The notes beneath the pieces were generated by a model. The model did not search any database. It was not told where the DNA came from and saw nothing but the letters and a program-made list of their open reading frames with translations. Shown piece by piece: positions 38,161 through 48,652 of a DNA stretch of 64,000 nucleotides. How positions within the stretch are numbered: position 1 is the first letter of the stretch; each line of letters begins with the position of its first letter. This DNA is from Candidatus Collierbacteria bacterium GW2011_GWA2_42_17 (GTDB lineage Bacteria > Patescibacteriota > Microgenomatia > UBA1400 > MFAQ01): positions 4,360 through 68,359 of the forward strand of contig LCDA01000004.1 in assembly GCA_000998275.1 (NCBI GenBank), given 5' to 3'. The position numbers were made by a program, and so were the translations under genes.

Positions 38161-38712
38161 CTAAAAATCTAAACCCCGAACTGCCAAAACCCCCTTATCA
38201 AATGGATGTTTAATTTTTTTCATCTCGGTAACAAGATCCGCTGCCTCCTCTATTTTTTTTGGACACTTATGTCCGGTTAATACCAGGTGTGTTTTACCTC
38301 TCATTCTTATCAACTCCAAAATGTCATCTATCATCAAAAGTCTGTCATTTACTGCCCTGATTATTTCATCGAGCACCAGCAAATCAACAATACCCCCCTG
38401 GTCCTCTTTCCCATCAAGGATCCTCCTTGCTAAAGAAAGTGCCCTCACAGCCGCCATTTTATGCCCATCAGGGGTATCGTGATCCATTGGACCTCCAAAA
38501 AATCCCTTTCCCATCCAGTACATCTTTAAATTATTCTTAAAAACTTTAGCCAAATTCATCTCCGACATTTTCCAACTGGGTTCTTTAAACCATGAAATCC
38601 ATACTACCTTTTTCTCAAGTAACAACATTCGTACAGCCACCCCCAAAGCCGCACTGGTTTTTCCCTTTCCGTATCCTTCAAAAACATAAACCATTCCTTC
38701 TTGCTTATTCAT
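38161..38712 (-). CDS. cobO: cob(I)alamin / corrinoid adenosyltransferase (CobA/CobO/BtuR family)
   Basis: P-loop YGKGKTSAALGVAVRM and ...LLVLDEIIRAVN.... Confidence 0.8.
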   Translation of the reverse strand: MNKQEGMVYVFEGYGKGKTSAALGVAVRMLLLEKKVVWISWFKEPSWKMSEMNLAKVFKNNLKMYWMGKGFFGGPMDHDTPDGHKMAAVRALSLARRILDGKEDQGGIVDLLVLDEIIRAVNDRLLMIDDILELIRMRGKTHLVLTGHKCPKKIEEAADLVTEMKKIKHPFDKGVLAVRGLDF

Positions 38713-39017
38713 ACACCATTAATATAACTCATCTCATAAATTAATATCATTGATGCAAAAATAGCCTTAAATATATAGAAAACTATACTGTCTAACAACT
38801 GTCTCCTGTCCTTGGCCATATGTGCCACCATCACCGACACCAAAAAGTACAAAAAGGATTGATACTAGGGAAAAATAACCACAAAACAACGTATTAGCAA
38901 TGTCAACAAAAGACTGATAGTAATCACAATTACCTAATATCATTAAATACTATATTTGTGGACTTGTCAAATGTCTTATCAAACTCATCAAACCGCATCA
39001 CAACATTACCAATCATA

Positions 39018-41444
39018 TCAGCATTTGCTGGCACCGCAAGAATAGCATTTTTGGCACCCTTCTTCTAAAACCAAACTTGCCTGTCCACACTCCGGACAAA
39101 GGTCCCCTCTCTTCACTCTCAACGGTAACTCTTGTTGGGTTGCCAAAAGCTCTGGTTCCTCTTCAATCACGTTTTCTGACATGTTTCCATCCAGCCTTAC
39201 ATATTCGCGCAAAACTTTTGCCACCCCATCAGCTAAGCTTCTCACCCGGTTATTTCCAAAACCTACGCTGTCTGCCCCACCAATTCCCGACAGTTGATCA
39301 ACAATAGCTTCAGCCACGGCTTTGGCTGGGTATGTGGAGGGTACACGCAATGACAAAGAGATTAGCCTTCCCATCGCCTCGGCGTCGGCCATCACATGAG
39401 AACCGGCTTTCCCAACATTGATAAACACTTCAAAGGGATTGCCCGATTCATCGGCGTTAATAACCACGAAGGCCGTTCCGACCGGGGTCTGCACTTTATA
39501 CGTATTTCCTTGAAGTTTGCTTGGTCTGATTCTCATCTCAGCAGCTTCTATCACCCCCTCCACTTTCTTTTCTTCTTTCTTTGTTCCTACATTAAGAACC
39601 TGCCACTCCTTACAACCATCACGGTAAATTGTTATTCCCATACATCCCAGTTCATAAGCCGACAAATAAGCTTTGGCAACATCATCAACCACAGCCTCAT
39701 TGGGAAGATTGATTGTTTTACTCACTGCATTATCCAAATTCTTCTGCCAAGCTGCTTGCATTCGTACATGCCACTCCGGCGATATTTCATGAGCAGTCAC
39801 TAAAATTTTTTGCCATTCTTCCGGTACCTCGGCAACTCCATGTACACTGCCAGTCTCAGCCACTCGTGACATCAACTCCTCACTCCAAAACCCTTCCCTT
39901 TTGGCTACTTCGGTAAAGGCTGGATCTGAGAAAAACATCTCGCGGTTAAGCGATTCATCTTTAACCATGTGTTTATAAGCTAGTGCAAATACCGGCTCAC
40001 AACCTCCGCTGGTATTGGCAATAATACCAATTGTTCCCGTTGGTGCGATTGTCGTAATGGCTGCGTTTCTCATCGGTTCCCCATCTTTATAAATACTTTC
40101 CTTAAATAATGGGAATGCCCCACGCACTTTTGCTAATTCTTGGCTTGACTCATGAGCCGCGTCATTGATCGTCTTCATTACTTTCTCCGCCAACTTCAAT
40201 GCCTCCTCCGAGTTATATGGCACACCCAATAGATAAAGCATGTCCGCCCAACCACCAATTCCCAAACCAACTCTTCTGATCGATCTCACCGTATCCCAAA
40301 CCTGTTTCAATGGATATGGATTGATCTCGATGACATCATCTAAAAATCTGACTGCTTCACCTGCTGTTTTTTTCAACTCCTCCCAATCAACTTGTTGTTT
40401 TCCTTTTTCTTCTTTCACAAAATAATTTAAGAAAATACTTCCCAAATTACAGGCGTCGAACGGGTATAGAGGTTGTTCCCCACAAGGGTTGGTACTTTCC
40501 ACTGGCCCAAGACTTGGAACTGGATTTGCCGGTCCAGCATTGACTCTGTCAATAAAAATCATTCCTGGGTCCCCGGATCTCCATGCACAGTCACAGATAA
40601 GATCGAATATCTCTCTTGCATCTTCCTGTCCTATCACCTCTCCCGAATGTGGTTCCACGAGGTCATACTTCTCCCCCTTCGCCAAAGCCTTCATAAACTT
40701 ATCAGTCGCCGCGACGGAGATATTAAAGTTAGCCAGTCCTCCGTCCAGTTTGCAAGTGATAAACTCTCGAACATCCGGGTGATCCACTCGCAAAATTCCC
40801 ATATTAGCACCTCGACGAGTTCCTCCTTGTTTTATCTGCTGGGTAGCCTCATTGAACACTCTCATAAAACTGATCGGTCCGCTGGCTACCCCTCGACTTC
40901 TTTTTACCATCGAACCCCTTTGACGAAGTCGACTAAAAGAGAAACCTGTTCCTCCCCCGGACTGATGAATAATTGCTTGATACTTAATTGCGTCAAAAAT
41001 TCCCTCCAAAGAATCGGGCACAGGGAGAACAAAACAGCCGGAATACTGTAGGCCATTATTTTTCCCGGCGTTCATTAACGTTGGCGAATTCGGTAGAAAC
41101 TTTCTACTACCCATCAATTTGTAAAAGCTTTTGGCAGTTTCAGTAATTTCCTCGATCGAAGCTCCAAATCGTGCCTCAGCACTGGCAATGATAAAGGCTA
41201 CTCTCCACACCAACTCATCCGGAGTCTCAATGATTTCTCCTTCAGAATTCTTATCTAAGTACCTTTCTTTCAAAACTTTAATGCCCTGCTCCGACCAATC
41301 TCCAGGGGCAAGATCCTTGGGCATCGGAGGTCTTTTACCTACTTTTTCATTCACCTCGGCCATCACATCCTCATAAGTCTCGGAAACCATCTCCTTCTCT
41401 TTATTGTTCATAATATTTTGGTAGATTGTGGAAGATACTGACAT
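39018..41444 (-). CDS. nrdJ: adenosylcobalamin-dependent ribonucleotide reductase (class II, NrdJ)
   Basis: 808 aa class II RNR core with C-terminal Zn-ribbon CPECG...CQKCYSCG. Confidence 0.9.
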   Translation of the reverse strand: MSVSSTIYQNIMNNKEKEMVSETYEDVMAEVNEKVGKRPPMPKDLAPGDWSEQGIKVLKERYLDKNSEGEIIETPDELVWRVAFIIASAEARFGASIEEITETAKSFYKLMGSRKFLPNSPTLMNAGKNNGLQYSGCFVLPVPDSLEGIFDAIKYQAIIHQSGGGTGFSFSRLRQRGSMVKRSRGVASGPISFMRVFNEATQQIKQGGTRRGANMGILRVDHPDVREFITCKLDGGLANFNISVAATDKFMKALAKGEKYDLVEPHSGEVIGQEDAREIFDLICDCAWRSGDPGMIFIDRVNAGPANPVPSLGPVESTNPCGEQPLYPFDACNLGSIFLNYFVKEEKGKQQVDWEELKKTAGEAVRFLDDVIEINPYPLKQVWDTVRSIRRVGLGIGGWADMLYLLGVPYNSEEALKLAEKVMKTINDAAHESSQELAKVRGAFPLFKESIYKDGEPMRNAAITTIAPTGTIGIIANTSGGCEPVFALAYKHMVKDESLNREMFFSDPAFTEVAKREGFWSEELMSRVAETGSVHGVAEVPEEWQKILVTAHEISPEWHVRMQAAWQKNLDNAVSKTINLPNEAVVDDVAKAYLSAYELGCMGITIYRDGCKEWQVLNVGTKKEEKKVEGVIEAAEMRIRPSKLQGNTYKVQTPVGTAFVVINADESGNPFEVFINVGKAGSHVMADAEAMGRLISLSLRVPSTYPAKAVAEAIVDQLSGIGGADSVGFGNNRVRSLADGVAKVLREYVRLDGNMSENVIEEEPELLATQQELPLRVKRGDLCPECGQASLVLEEGCQKCYSCGASKC

Positions 41445-41449
41445 ATTTG

Positions 41450-41914
41450 TTAATGACTGATTGTTAATCGTTTAGACCCGGCTACAAACTCTTGAAATTC
41501 TTTCGCGTCGACAAAGTCCAGATAGACACTCGCAAATCTCATATAAGCCAAATCATCAAGTTTGAGAAGTCGCGACAATACCATCTTTCCAATGTCACTT
41601 GACTTAATTTCTACCGTTTTTCTGTTCAAAAGTTTTGTTTCAATCTCATCCACCAAGTTTTCAATCTCGTCTTCCTCCACCTTTCTCTTGTAACAAGCTT
41701 TTTTTATCCCCTTCAATAGCTTTTCTCTGTCGTACTGTTCCACCTTGCCGTTTTTTTTGATTACTTTCAAATCAATATTCACCACCCGTTCATGAGTCGT
41801 AAATCTCTTGCCACACTTTTTACACTCTCTCCTACGACGAATTCCATCCTCTCCGGGAAGTCCCCGGCTTTCTAGGACAGATGTTTCTTCGTTTGTACAA
41901 TAAGGGCAGTTCAT
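41450..41914 (-). CDS. nrdR: transcriptional repressor NrdR
   Basis: MNCPYCTNEETSVLESR...CKKCGKRFTTHERV zinc ribbon plus ATP-cone. The ORF-track extension to 41926 begins at a TTG, so the real start is most likely the ATG at 41914. Confidence 0.85.
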   Translation of the reverse strand: MNCPYCTNEETSVLESRGLPGEDGIRRRRECKKCGKRFTTHERVVNIDLKVIKKNGKVEQYDREKLLKGIKKACYKRKVEEDEIENLVDEIETKLLNRKTVEIKSSDIGKMVLSRLLKLDDLAYMRFASVYLDFVDAKEFQEFVAGSKRLTISH

Positions 41915-41920
41915 ATTTAA

Positions 41921-41937
41921 ACACAATATTTAGCGTG
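41921..41937 (-). promoter_or_regulatory. NrdR-box-like palindrome upstream of nrdR-nrdJ
   Basis: ACACAATATTTAGCGTG against the NrdR-box consensus acaCwAtATaTwGtgt. A weaker second copy at about 41952-41968 (AACACTACCGCTAGTA) lies about 31 bp away. Confidence 0.45.
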
Positions 41938-42033
41938 GAATATCATCATGTAACACTACCGCTAGTAATGCAACTACCACTTAATACATCACAAAATATC
42001 ATTAAGGCCGATCTCCGCAAAATCTTCTTCAAA

Positions 42034-42633
42034 TTATCCCAGTGCCGCCAAATTCATTCCCAAACGAGCCAAAATTGACCCAGCCACGTTCCCAGACCTT
42101 ACCCTTACCCAAGAGTTGATCACTCCACTCGCAAACACTACAAGTAACACACCCAAGGTCTCACCCCCAGTTGTCTGATATACAAACAATAGTATGGGTA
42201 AACGAATTACTGCCGTCATCAAACCCACAATAATCAAGTTGAACACTTTGCCTCTACGAATTTTTTCCAAATACCCGGCTATAAATCCACTAAAGGTCAA
42301 CTCTTCGGTAACCGCCGTCGCAAACACTATTCCCACTAAGTTAAAGTCAATCTGGAAACTTCCCAGGTTTCTAAATTTCAAAATTAGAAAATAAAACACA
42401 CCAACTATCAACCCTAAAATCAATGACTGCCCCCACTTTCTTCCAAACATCACAATTTTTTCTCTCAATGCCAGGTTCCACCAAAACAAAGGTACCAGCC
42501 ACAATACTGGTTTAAACCACAGCTCCTCTACCACCTCGGGCAATCGTATGAAATACCTAAAACTACCCCACACTAAAACTAGATATATATAGTAGTACCA
42601 CAGTCGTTTCACTCTTTCATCGTACCATAGCAT
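42034..42633 (-). CDS. CPBP-family (CAAX protease / Abi) intramembrane metalloprotease
   Basis: TEELTFSGF (EExxxR-type motif 1) within a polytopic membrane protein. Confidence 0.7.
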   Translation of the reverse strand: MLWYDERVKRLWYYYIYLVLVWGSFRYFIRLPEVVEELWFKPVLWLVPLFWWNLALREKIVMFGRKWGQSLILGLIVGVFYFLILKFRNLGSFQIDFNLVGIVFATAVTEELTFSGFIAGYLEKIRRGKVFNLIIVGLMTAVIRLPILLFVYQTTGGETLGVLLVVFASGVINSWVRVRSGNVAGSILARLGMNLAALG

Positions 42634-42638
42634 ATATA

Positions 42639-45014
42639 ATGTTACCTATGGCTCTTACCAGAAAACAGCTCTTACGCACCATCGAAAAAAGCTACCAGAA
42701 ATGTATTAAAACTCGTCGTTCTCGCATTATCTCCATTACCTCAATCTTAGCCGGTTTGTTTTTAATTAGTTTCGTTTTTCTTTTCAAAGACGTTCCTAGT
42801 CCAGCCAAATTAGTCAAAACTCCTGCTCCAATCAGCACCCAGATTCTCGATCGTAACGGTAAAATCCTCTACGAAGTTTACTCAGATTTCAAACGTACTC
42901 CTATCACCTTAGAAAATATTCCTCTCACTGTCCAACAAGCTACCATCGCCATCGAAGATAAAAATTTCTATCAACATCATGGGCTCGACACCGTTGCTAT
43001 TATTCGTGCCACCTTCAATACTCTAACGGGAAAAAGACTCGAAGGAGGTTCTACTATAACTCAACAACTGGTCAAAAATACCCTCCTCTCCGACCCAAGT
43101 CGTACCATCACCCGCAAAATCAAAGAGGCCATTCTCGCCATTGCCACCGAAATTACCTACAACAAAAGCGAAATTCTCGAACTCTATCTCAACCATGCAC
43201 CTTATGGCGGAGCCGTTTATGGCATTGAAACCGCTTCCGAAACTTACTTTGGTAAAGAAGCAAAGAACCTTACTCTCGCCGAGTCAGCTCTTCTTGCTGG
43301 TCTTCCACAATCTCCCACTCGTTACTCCCCTTTCGGTGCCAACCCCGAACTGGCAATTGCCCGTCAACAAGATGTTCTTCGTCGCATGGTTGAAGACAAA
43401 TACATTACCAAAGAACAAGCCGACGCTGCCAAAGCCGAAAAACTCAACTTTCTCAAAAAGAACATCACCATCAACGCTCCCCACTTTTCTCTCATGGTCC
43501 GTGATAGTCTGGTTCAAAAATATGGTGAGGATAAAGTCAACCTTGGAGGACTAAGGGTAACCACCACTCTCGACCTTGATCTCCAACAATATTTCGAGGC
43601 CTCCCTTTCTGCCGAAATGAAAAAAATTGCTAGACTCAAAATTAGTAACGGCGCCGCCGTTGTGACCAAACCCAATACCGGCGAAATCATTGCTCTTATC
43701 GGTTCCAAAGACTACTTCGATGACGAAATCGATGGTCAGGTAAACATCACCAAAGCTCTCCGTCAACCTGGAAGTTCAATAAAACCCATAAACTATGCCA
43801 CCGGCCTTCTCCGGGGTTGGCCAGCCAGCACCACCTATCTCGATATTCCTACCTGTTTTGGCGTCACCGGTCAAAAGCAGTACTGCCCCAAAAACTACGA
43901 TAATTCCTTCCGAGGTCCTGTTTCTATGCGACAATCCCTCGCCAACTCCTACAATATCCCAGCCGTCAAACAACTTGCCCTTAACGGTATCGAACCTTTC
44001 ATCGCCACGGCTTCCGCCATGGGTATCTCCACCTGGACCGATCCTAAAAACTATGGTCTTTCTCTCACTTTGGGTGGCGGAGAGGTCACCATGCTCGATA
44101 TGGCCAAAGCCTTTGGCACTTTTGCCAACTCCGGTGTGACGGTTCCCCTCATCTCGGTTATTAAAGTAGAGGACTATACCGGCAAAGTATTGGAACAAGT
44201 TGACGTCGAAAAAATTTCCAATGCTGTTTCAGTGATGCCCGAAAACTGGACCGACTTTTGGCAAAATCAGTCTCAACCTAAAACTGATCTATTATCTACA
44301 GATCCTCGTGTTACTCTCCCCCAAGAAGTAACTTTCATCATCTCTGACATCCTCGCCGACAACGGTGCTCGTAGTGCTGCCTTCGGTTCTACCAGTCAGT
44401 TAGTTATTCCCGGTCATACCGTTTCCGTTAAAACAGGGACTACCAATGACCTTAAAGATAACTGGACTATTGGTTACACTCCTGACTACTTAGCGGTCAC
44501 CTGGGTCGGCAACAACGATAACTCTTCCATGAGTTATGTTGCTTCTGGTGTCACTGGTGCTTCTCCCATCTGGAACAAAATTATGAGAAGACTCCTCAAA
44601 GACGTTAAGGATAAACCATTAATCAAACCAGAACTGGTCACCAATTTCCAGGTTTGTAATCTCACCGGTCTTCTTGCTCAACAAGAAAATCAATGTGAAT
44701 CACACAACGAATTCTTTATCGACAACATCCTCCCCCTAGGACAGTCTGCTTATCCTACAAAAATGCAGGTCTGGGTTCGCCGTTCGGATAAGCAGCCAAT
44801 TCTTCCTGGAGACGAAACCGTTGACCGTGACCTTGAAGAACACACCGTCGTCTCCGACCCCTTCACTCAAAATTTCTGTCTGGATTGTGCTTATCCTGTA
44901 GATGACAAGGGGAAAATCTCTTGGCCACAGACCATTATTGATTACTCAAAGTTTCAATACAAAAACATTACCCCTGCCAATTTTCTAAATATTGTTCCCA
45001 CCAATGCTCCGTAA
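42639..45014 (+). CDS. class A penicillin-binding protein (GT51 transglycosylase plus transpeptidase)
   Basis: EDKNFYQHHGLD, GGSTITQQLVKN, transpeptidase SxxK/KTGT. Confidence 0.85.
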   Translation: MLPMALTRKQLLRTIEKSYQKCIKTRRSRIISITSILAGLFLISFVFLFKDVPSPAKLVKTPAPISTQILDRNGKILYEVYSDFKRTPITLENIPLTVQQATIAIEDKNFYQHHGLDTVAIIRATFNTLTGKRLEGGSTITQQLVKNTLLSDPSRTITRKIKEAILAIATEITYNKSEILELYLNHAPYGGAVYGIETASETYFGKEAKNLTLAESALLAGLPQSPTRYSPFGANPELAIARQQDVLRRMVEDKYITKEQADAAKAEKLNFLKKNITINAPHFSLMVRDSLVQKYGEDKVNLGGLRVTTTLDLDLQQYFEASLSAEMKKIARLKISNGAAVVTKPNTGEIIALIGSKDYFDDEIDGQVNITKALRQPGSSIKPINYATGLLRGWPASTTYLDIPTCFGVTGQKQYCPKNYDNSFRGPVSMRQSLANSYNIPAVKQLALNGIEPFIATASAMGISTWTDPKNYGLSLTLGGGEVTMLDMAKAFGTFANSGVTVPLISVIKVEDYTGKVLEQVDVEKISNAVSVMPENWTDFWQNQSQPKTDLLSTDPRVTLPQEVTFIISDILADNGARSAAFGSTSQLVIPGHTVSVKTGTTNDLKDNWTIGYTPDYLAVTWVGNNDNSSMSYVASGVTGASPIWNKIMRRLLKDVKDKPLIKPELVTNFQVCNLTGLLAQQENQCESHNEFFIDNILPLGQSAYPTKMQVWVRRSDKQPILPGDETVDRDLEEHTVVSDPFTQNFCLDCAYPVDDKGKISWPQTIIDYSKFQYKNITPANFLNIVPTNAP

Positions 45015-46221
45015 AATAAAAATCTTTTTCCTTTTACTCGGGTTGGCCTTATCCTCAATCACCGCCTACGCCATCTGGCGAAGCACTCTCCCTCTTGTTA
45101 GTCCAATTGCTCTCATCGATAGCCTCATTGGAAACTCTCCCGCCATAAGATCCAACAAAGTTATCTATGGATTTTTTCCTTACTGGAATTTAAAGTATGC
45201 CGAGCAACTAAAAATCAACTCTCTCACTCACTTTGCCTATTTTGCCATTGACCTCAAAGAGGATGGCTCTACTAATAAAAAGGTTAATCTCGTTGAGTCT
45301 GAACCTGGCTGGAACAAGCTTAAATCCAAGGATACTAATAAACTTCTCTACCAATCAAAACTTCTTGGTCAAAAAACCGTTATTGTCATTACCGCCATGC
45401 AACCGGAAACTATTGAGTCTATTCTTAACTCTCCGGAAAACAAAAGGGCAGCTATTACTTCCATCATGAACATTTACAAGGACTTCGGTTTTGATGACAT
45501 CAACATTGACTTTGAATATGTCAACGTCGGCAATAAAGTTTTAAGAGATAATTTTGTTGACTTCATTACCAACCTTCGCTTTGTCTGTGTTTCATATAAA
45601 AGTCATTGTCAAATTGATATCGATATCTTTGCCAGTGCCGCCGAAAAGCCCCGTCTTTGGGACCTCAAACAACTCGAACCTGTAACCGACAAATTTATTG
45701 TCATGGCCTATGACTATTATCGAAAATCGTCGACTCAGGCTGGGCCAATCGCCCCAATAAGAGGCAAATGCACCGGTACTTTTTCCGATGAGAAAGACTG
45801 TCTTGAAGAAGATATTCTTTCTCATATTTCTCAAATAAGTAAACTTATTCCCTCAAATAAAATTATCCTCGGAGTACCCTTCTATGGCTATGAATGGCAG
45901 ACTGCTTCTACCGATTTTCTGGCCAACACCTACCCTGGCACAGGTGCTCTTGCTACCTATCAACGCATTCAATCTCTCTTTCAAGACGTCAAAATTTCTT
46001 CCATCTCAGCTCAATGGTCAAATCTAACTCTCAGCCCCTACCTTTCCTATGAAGAAGATGAAAAAATATATCAAATTCATTTTGAAAATGCCCAATCTTT
46101 GGAACAAAAAATCAAATTTGTCGAGTCTGCCAATCTCGGTGGTATTGCCATCTGGGCACTCGGTTACGAAGGTCCTTCACAAGATTTATGGGAACCCATA
46201 AACTCTCTTTTCCTCCCCTAG
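44992..46221 (+). CDS. glycoside hydrolase family 18-like protein (secreted)
   Basis: FGFDDINIDFEYV (DxxDxDxE catalytic motif), N-terminal signal/TM. Confidence 0.65.
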   Translation: MFPPMLRKIKIFFLLLGLALSSITAYAIWRSTLPLVSPIALIDSLIGNSPAIRSNKVIYGFFPYWNLKYAEQLKINSLTHFAYFAIDLKEDGSTNKKVNLVESEPGWNKLKSKDTNKLLYQSKLLGQKTVIVITAMQPETIESILNSPENKRAAITSIMNIYKDFGFDDINIDFEYVNVGNKVLRDNFVDFITNLRFVCVSYKSHCQIDIDIFASAAEKPRLWDLKQLEPVTDKFIVMAYDYYRKSSTQAGPIAPIRGKCTGTFSDEKDCLEEDILSHISQISKLIPSNKIILGVPFYGYEWQTASTDFLANTYPGTGALATYQRIQSLFQDVKISSISAQWSNLTLSPYLSYEEDEKIYQIHFENAQSLEQKIKFVESANLGGIAIWALGYEGPSQDLWEPINSLFLP

Positions 46222-46292
46222 TCTTTTCCCTTTTTTCGTTCTAAAATATACTTAGTTTGTAAGACCCGCCCTTTGAACAATCCGCCTTTCAC

Positions 46293-48647
46293 ATGGCTCA
46301 AAAAAGACACTTTATTCAATCAAAGAATTTTTTCTCATACCTTGGTACTCCTGTCTTTAAAATTGTTCTCTGGGTGGTTTTAATCTTTGGATACGTCTTT
46401 ATCTTCTTTTCCAGACTATTCTCTACTCCTCTTCCCCAACTCACTTTTCCAAAAATTTCCTTTCCAAAAATCTATTTTCCCCACATCTCATTTCCCAAAA
46501 TAATTTTCCCAAAAATTGTTCTTTCTCGTTTTCCCAAAGCTGTTTATCCTCAACCAAAAATTGATTTAAAATCCCTTCGTTCATATCTTTTCTTTTCAAT
46601 TGGAGTTATCTCACTAGTTTGTTTCATTTATATTGAATTCTTCTATGGACTCCCTAGTCCAAAGACACTGACAGACTATCCTTCAAAGCTCACCACCCAG
46701 ATCTTAGACAGAAACGGCAAACTTCTTTATAAAATTTACAAAGACGAAAATCGCACTTTGGTCACTCTTGACTCACTACCTCCTCACGTAAAAAACGCTT
46801 TTCTTGCCGCCGAAGACAAAGACTTCTATCACCACAAGGGTTTTTCTATCTCTGGTACATTCCGCGCACTATACAAAAACATTACCGACAACAAAACTGA
46901 GGGGGGTTCCACCATTACCCAGCAATTGGTTAAAAACACTCTCCTCAACAACGAAAAAACTCTTACCAGAAAAATCAAAGAGCTCATTCTCTCGGTCGAG
47001 GTCGAGTACACCTACAACAAAGATAAAATTTTTGAAATGTATCTCAACCAAGTCGGCTTTGGTGGACCGGCTTATGGTATTCAAGAGGCCTCTAGGCAGT
47101 ACTTCAATATTGATGCCAAGAATCTAGATCTTTCGCAAGCCGCTTTCCTAGCCGGTCTTCCTCAAGCTCCTAGTAAATACTCCCCTTTCAGCGATCAACC
47201 GGAGTTAGCCAAGCAAAGACAAAAGTTTGTTCTCAATCAAATGCTTAAGCTGAACATGATTAACAATGCGGATTATCAAAAAGCCATTAGCCAAAAACTT
47301 ATTTTTAACTCTGCCAAAATCGAGATTAATGCTCCCCACTTTGTAATGTATATCAAAGATCTCCTTACCAAAGAGTTGGGTGAAAATGTTGTTAATCAAG
47401 GAGGTCTTATCGTCACCACCACTCTAGATCTAGGTCTTCAAGAAAAAGTCCAGCAAATTGTAACTTCCGAAATCGGTAGCTTAAAAAATTATCAAGTCAC
47501 TAACGGTGCCGCGCTGGTCACTAATCCCAAAACTGGAGAAATTCTGGTCATGGTCGGTTCCAAAGACTACTTCAACCTTAATGAAGATGGACAAGTCAAC
47601 CTGACTTTAGCCCTACGTCAACCTGGGAGCTCGATTAAACCACTTAACTACGCTCTCGCCTTTGAAAATGGTTATGGTCCTGGAAACGTTATCGAAGACA
47701 AGCCCATCTCTTTCAATCTTCCTGGACAAGAACCATGGGTCCCCAAAAACTACGATGGCAAGTTTCATGGATTTGTAACTCTCAGGCAAGCCCTTGGTAG
47801 TTCCTACAACATTCCCTCGGTTATTCTTCTCTCCAAAAATGGCATCCAAAACTTGGTTCAATTAGCCCAAAAAATGGGTATCACTTCCTGGGACGATCCC
47901 AGCAGATTTGGACTTTCCATAGCCCTTGGTAGTCTGGAAATTAGAATGGTCGACCTGGCTACAGCCTACTCAACTTTTGCAAACTCCGGAGTAACTACAC
48001 CCCTAAACTCCATCATAAAAATTGAACGGGCTAATGGTGAAAAATTTTATCTCTCTACCTGTCCTCAAAAAACGGAGGCTGTTGTGGAAAACGTTTCCGC
48101 CCTTGCCAAAGGCAATAACTGTTCTCCCCATCAATCGATTTCCCCTTCCACTGCTTATCTTATCTCCGACATTCTCTCCGATAACAGTGCTCGAGCTCCA
48201 GCTTTCGGAGCAAACTCGATCATCAACATTAAAAAAACCAAGGTTGCCGTCAAAACCGGAACCAGCAACGACCTTCGCGATAACTGGACTTTTGGTTATA
48301 CTCATGATTATCTCGTCTCCACCTGGGTTGGTAACAACGACAATACTCCTATGTCTCGTATTGCTTCTGGTATCACAGGAGCCTCACCTATCTGGGCAAA
48401 AATTTTCAACACTATCCTCGAATCCACTCCCCAGACAACCCAAGTAGACACTACTACCCCAATTGGGATCGTAAAAGTCCCCATCTGCACCCTTACTGGC
48501 ACACTTTCTTGTGAAGGTTGTCCTGTTAAATATGAATATTATAAAAAAGGTACCGAGCCAAAAACATCCTGCGACCCAGCCAAAATAAAAGAAATCTTAA
48601 ACCCCACTCCTTCATCATCAATCACCCCCTCCCCTCAAATCCTCTAA
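46293..48647 (+). CDS. class A penicillin-binding protein, second paralog
   Basis: EDKDFYHHKGFS, GGSTITQQLVKN, KTGTSND. Confidence 0.85.
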   Translation: MAQKRHFIQSKNFFSYLGTPVFKIVLWVVLIFGYVFIFFSRLFSTPLPQLTFPKISFPKIYFPHISFPKIIFPKIVLSRFPKAVYPQPKIDLKSLRSYLFFSIGVISLVCFIYIEFFYGLPSPKTLTDYPSKLTTQILDRNGKLLYKIYKDENRTLVTLDSLPPHVKNAFLAAEDKDFYHHKGFSISGTFRALYKNITDNKTEGGSTITQQLVKNTLLNNEKTLTRKIKELILSVEVEYTYNKDKIFEMYLNQVGFGGPAYGIQEASRQYFNIDAKNLDLSQAAFLAGLPQAPSKYSPFSDQPELAKQRQKFVLNQMLKLNMINNADYQKAISQKLIFNSAKIEINAPHFVMYIKDLLTKELGENVVNQGGLIVTTTLDLGLQEKVQQIVTSEIGSLKNYQVTNGAALVTNPKTGEILVMVGSKDYFNLNEDGQVNLTLALRQPGSSIKPLNYALAFENGYGPGNVIEDKPISFNLPGQEPWVPKNYDGKFHGFVTLRQALGSSYNIPSVILLSKNGIQNLVQLAQKMGITSWDDPSRFGLSIALGSLEIRMVDLATAYSTFANSGVTTPLNSIIKIERANGEKFYLSTCPQKTEAVVENVSALAKGNNCSPHQSISPSTAYLISDILSDNSARAPAFGANSIINIKKTKVAVKTGTSNDLRDNWTFGYTHDYLVSTWVGNNDNTPMSRIASGITGASPIWAKIFNTILESTPQTTQVDTTTPIGIVKVPICTLTGTLSCEGCPVKYEYYKKGTEPKTSCDPAKIKEILNPTPSSSITPSPQIL
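46446..46520 (+). repeat. 5 x 15-bp in-frame tandem repeat (FPK[I]x pentapeptide) in PBP N-terminus
   Basis: tttccaaaaatttcc / tttccaaaaatctat / tttccccacatctca / tttcccaaaataatt / ttcccaaaaattgtt encodes FPKIS-FPKIY-FPHIS-FPKII-FPKIV. Confidence 0.8.
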
Positions 48648-48652
48648 AATTA

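Noticed and set aside
38713-39017. Cobalamin riboswitch upstream of cobO / downstream of nrdJ.
   Set aside because: No B12-box (rAGYCMGgAgaCCkGCc) or the GGGAA...GGTG core on either strand. The region is simply AT-rich with a good sigma70-like promoter.
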